This document shows positions 62,101 through 64,000 of a stretch of 64,000 bases of DNA, piece by piece. The first letter of the stretch is position 1; each line of letters starts with the position of its first letter. The DNA is taken from contig CM022672.1 of NCBI GenBank assembly GCA_012295275.1, positions 24,490,001-24,554,000 on the forward strand, given 5' to 3'. The DNA comes from Chrysomallon squamiferum. Lineage: Eukaryota; Animalia; Mollusca. Below the pieces are notes generated by a model. The model was not told where the DNA came from. It did not search any database and was given only the letters and a program-made list of their open reading frames with translations. The position numbers and the translations under genes are program-made.

Positions 62101-63815
62101 AATCTCTCTACACCAGTAGCATTCTTTATTTCAGTTAATTGTAAGGCATAAATATAACATAATATAGAGATTTATTTGTTGTGTACAAGTCCCAAGAGAC
62201 ATTCAGCATTTATTTACATATATTTTACAAGCATGAAACAGACATACACAGCTAACGTCCTTTTAAACTCAAACAACTATCTGTATTTCAGGATTTCCTA
62301 AAAAATAAACACATTTTGTGGTTCTGTGTTATATTTACTTTTAATTACATTTACTCTGAAAACCAAACAAAATTTCAAGAAGTATACACAATCAACTAAC
62401 AAAATCAAGTAGTATGTTCTGGAGTGTTTGAGTCTCTTTGAAACAACCATCTAATCAGACTGTTAACTAGAATTCATATATTTTTAAAAAGCATATGTCA
62501 TTCAGTTATCTAGATGAAATTGAAAATTATAACAGAAATAGACATACAGATGCATTAGTAGGAATGAGATTTTCAGTTCTGAAAATAAGCAACAACATAA
62601 ACATGGATTTATCTAAAAAATATGATGCATGTGGGTCTTTCTGTAGATAATAAATGGATAATAACATGTTTTTATACAAACTTTGATAACAGCATGGTTT
62701 AAAATTATTTTTTGAGATTATTATTATTATTTGTATTTTTAAAACAGTTTCAAAAATTCTGCCAGATGATGAGATACATTCTTTAAATGTCACGACTGAC
62801 CAAGATGATCATACAATAACATATTCTAATGCCATTCAAATAAAAATTCCAGCAATACATGGGAAAACACAAGTTTTGAAGATTTTTTCTTTAGACAGTT
62901 CACTGACACTACAGGTATATGTTGGAAGTAGACAGTTTGATGTCAGCATAGACAATATTGAAAAAAAAGGATTTGAGTGGCCTATTCGTGAAATTGCTCT
63001 TTTGAAATATGAGAACCATAAACAGGATCCTTATTTGTTATTTTTACCTGAAGAATTTCTTGGAGAAAACAAAACTAGTTTTTTTGTTGGAATCCGAGTT
63101 AAGGTAATTTAGATTTTTATTATATATAATTGAAATAAATTTTATGATTATGATATGGTACTGTTATTTATGAATATTATTTTATTATTATTTCCTTTTT
63201 TATTAATATTCATCAGTATGGATTAAAATATTAAAACCATTCGTGCTTGATGATTTTCTGCTGTTAACTGGCAAATACGTTTCTAGAGATGAAACATTTA
63301 AAAAATTTAAAGTCATAAATAAATTTTAAATTATTCATTATTATAGTAAACTATTTAATCATATTAGCATTCAATTTGTAATTATTGTTTTGATAAAATT
63401 TTGTAGTCAAATTTTGAAGTAAAGATTTACAAAAGAACACCAAATTATATTCTGTCTGGAATAATTTTATTATTTATTTCTATGAAAGTTCAATTAAAGA
63501 ACTTTTAATATATTGTAAACTTATTAATAGAACTGTCCCCCATTTATAGGGGACCTTTATAATTCTTGCTTTGCTTAACCTAGATCAGGTTGACAGGATA
63601 TTATTATTAAGAATGGCTTGACTGATCTAAAAAAAATATATATATATATTATATATATTCAGATTTTGTATTTTTCTTTTATTGAATAGCCAGGTCAATA
63701 TCTTAATCTTGGACAGTCAAAAACGGCTTTTGTTTATGTTGGAATACAGACTTTTACAATTGAATGCTTCTTCTGGAATGAAAGGAGAGAAGCCTGGTCA
63801 AAAGAAGGTTGTTTG
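40541..63815 (+). CDS. Polycystin-1 family (PKD1-like/REJ-type) receptor, gene B, tandem paralog of gene A; 3' part lies beyond the window
   Basis: Exons: 40541-40589, 41499-41830, 42221-42377, 43057-43191, 43354-43518, 44720-44887 (weak donor, uncertain), 45803-46026, 46430-46555, 47403-47538, 47970-48098, 49280-49525, 49999-50196, 50481-50632, 51085-51243, 51625-51778, 52088-52354, 52861-53522, 54083-54225, 54422-54537, 55078-55222, 56700-56947, 57780-57974, 58117-58259, 58689-58791, 59276-59361, 59822-59947, 60412-60500, 60772-60877, 61267-61533, 61990-62140, 62748-63103, 63690-63815. Sum is 5859 nt = 1953 codons in frame. The last 25 exons correspond one-to-one to gene A exons 762-27928. 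Confidence 0.9.
40589..40918 (+). repeat. Right arm of ~330-bp inverted repeat; it is the first 330 nt of the intron after the signal-peptide exon of gene B
   Basis: GGTAATTGTATTGTATCTGTGG...CCCAGCAAGCTCTGT matches the reverse complement of 37289-37625. Confidence 0.93.
41499..46026 (+). CDS. Gene B N-terminal exons: F5/8C domain, EGF-like domain, C-type lectin-like domain, start of second F5/8C
   Basis: FWC..PFITVEF..LVGIGIR..|FPG..PVVSSKFRL..ICLRIQFYRAC; CEHICHDIPGSFYCSCKKGYRL..C; YEEAQAYCYHSGGFLTTV..FYIG|..RWIDGS; IQDFQITSS..GPARSRL..W.P..YLK. Confidence 0.8.
45295..45649. mobile_element. Non-autonomous Tc1/mariner superfamily (pogo/Tigger-like) MITE
   Basis: 23-bp TIRs (CAGTGGTATCTTGACTTATGAGT and ACTCATAAGTCAATGTACCACTG, 2 mismatches), TA target-site duplication at 45293-45294 and 45650-45651, 355 bp, more GC-rich than the flanks. 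Confidence 0.88.
56061..56132. repeat. (CA)n microsatellite
   Basis: Directly visible. Confidence 0.97.
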
Positions 63816-64000
63816 GTTAGCATTAAATTAATCTGTGTGTTTCGTATTTCAACACTTTAAAATAAATTCTAGCATATAATGCATAAATCAGTATTAATTT
63901 TTAATTTATACATTATTGGCTCTCTATTATATTAAGAAATAAAGAAAAAAATGTGTGTATTAAAAAGATTTAAGGACACTGTTTTCAGTGTTTTCCAAAA

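Noticed and set aside
63535-63584. GC hairpin GTCCCC..GGGGAC followed by CTAG, resembling a Helitron 3' end
   Set aside because: Spacing is too long, CTAG is not followed by T, and no 5' end was found.
46430-63815. Possibility that gene B is an assembly duplicate or haplotig of gene A
   Set aside because: The proteins differ at many residues with in-frame indels and the introns do not align, so these are true paralogs.

Overview
AT-rich, microsatellite-rich, intron-containing animal genomic DNA. An invertebrate source such as a mollusc or cephalopod is a guess from composition only. The window holds two tandem, + strand paralogous polycystin-1-family genes (PKD1-like / REJ-type). Gene A is 5'-truncated by the window: I traced 32 exons from 762 to the stop at 34407, giving about 2568 in-frame codons that include REJ, GAIN/GPS, PLAT and the polycystin channel domain. 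Gene B starts with a signal-peptide exon at 40541 and is 3'-truncated at the GPS exon (63815), giving 32 exons and about 1953 codons. The 25 shared exons match one-to-one in order and phase. The ectodomain is unusual: SP-[F5/8C-EGF-C-type lectin]x2-F5/8C-Cys-rich-EGF-REJ-GAIN. Between the genes, a CpG-enriched putative promoter and the first coding exon of gene B sit between two ~330-bp inverted repeats, each starting exactly at a G|GTAATT splice donor. Other features are a 118-bp-arm intronic hairpin, an AG|GTAAGT recursive-splice-like exon, a Tc1/mariner(pogo)-type MITE and several microsatellites. All exon boundaries, domain calls and identities were read by eye, with no database search.
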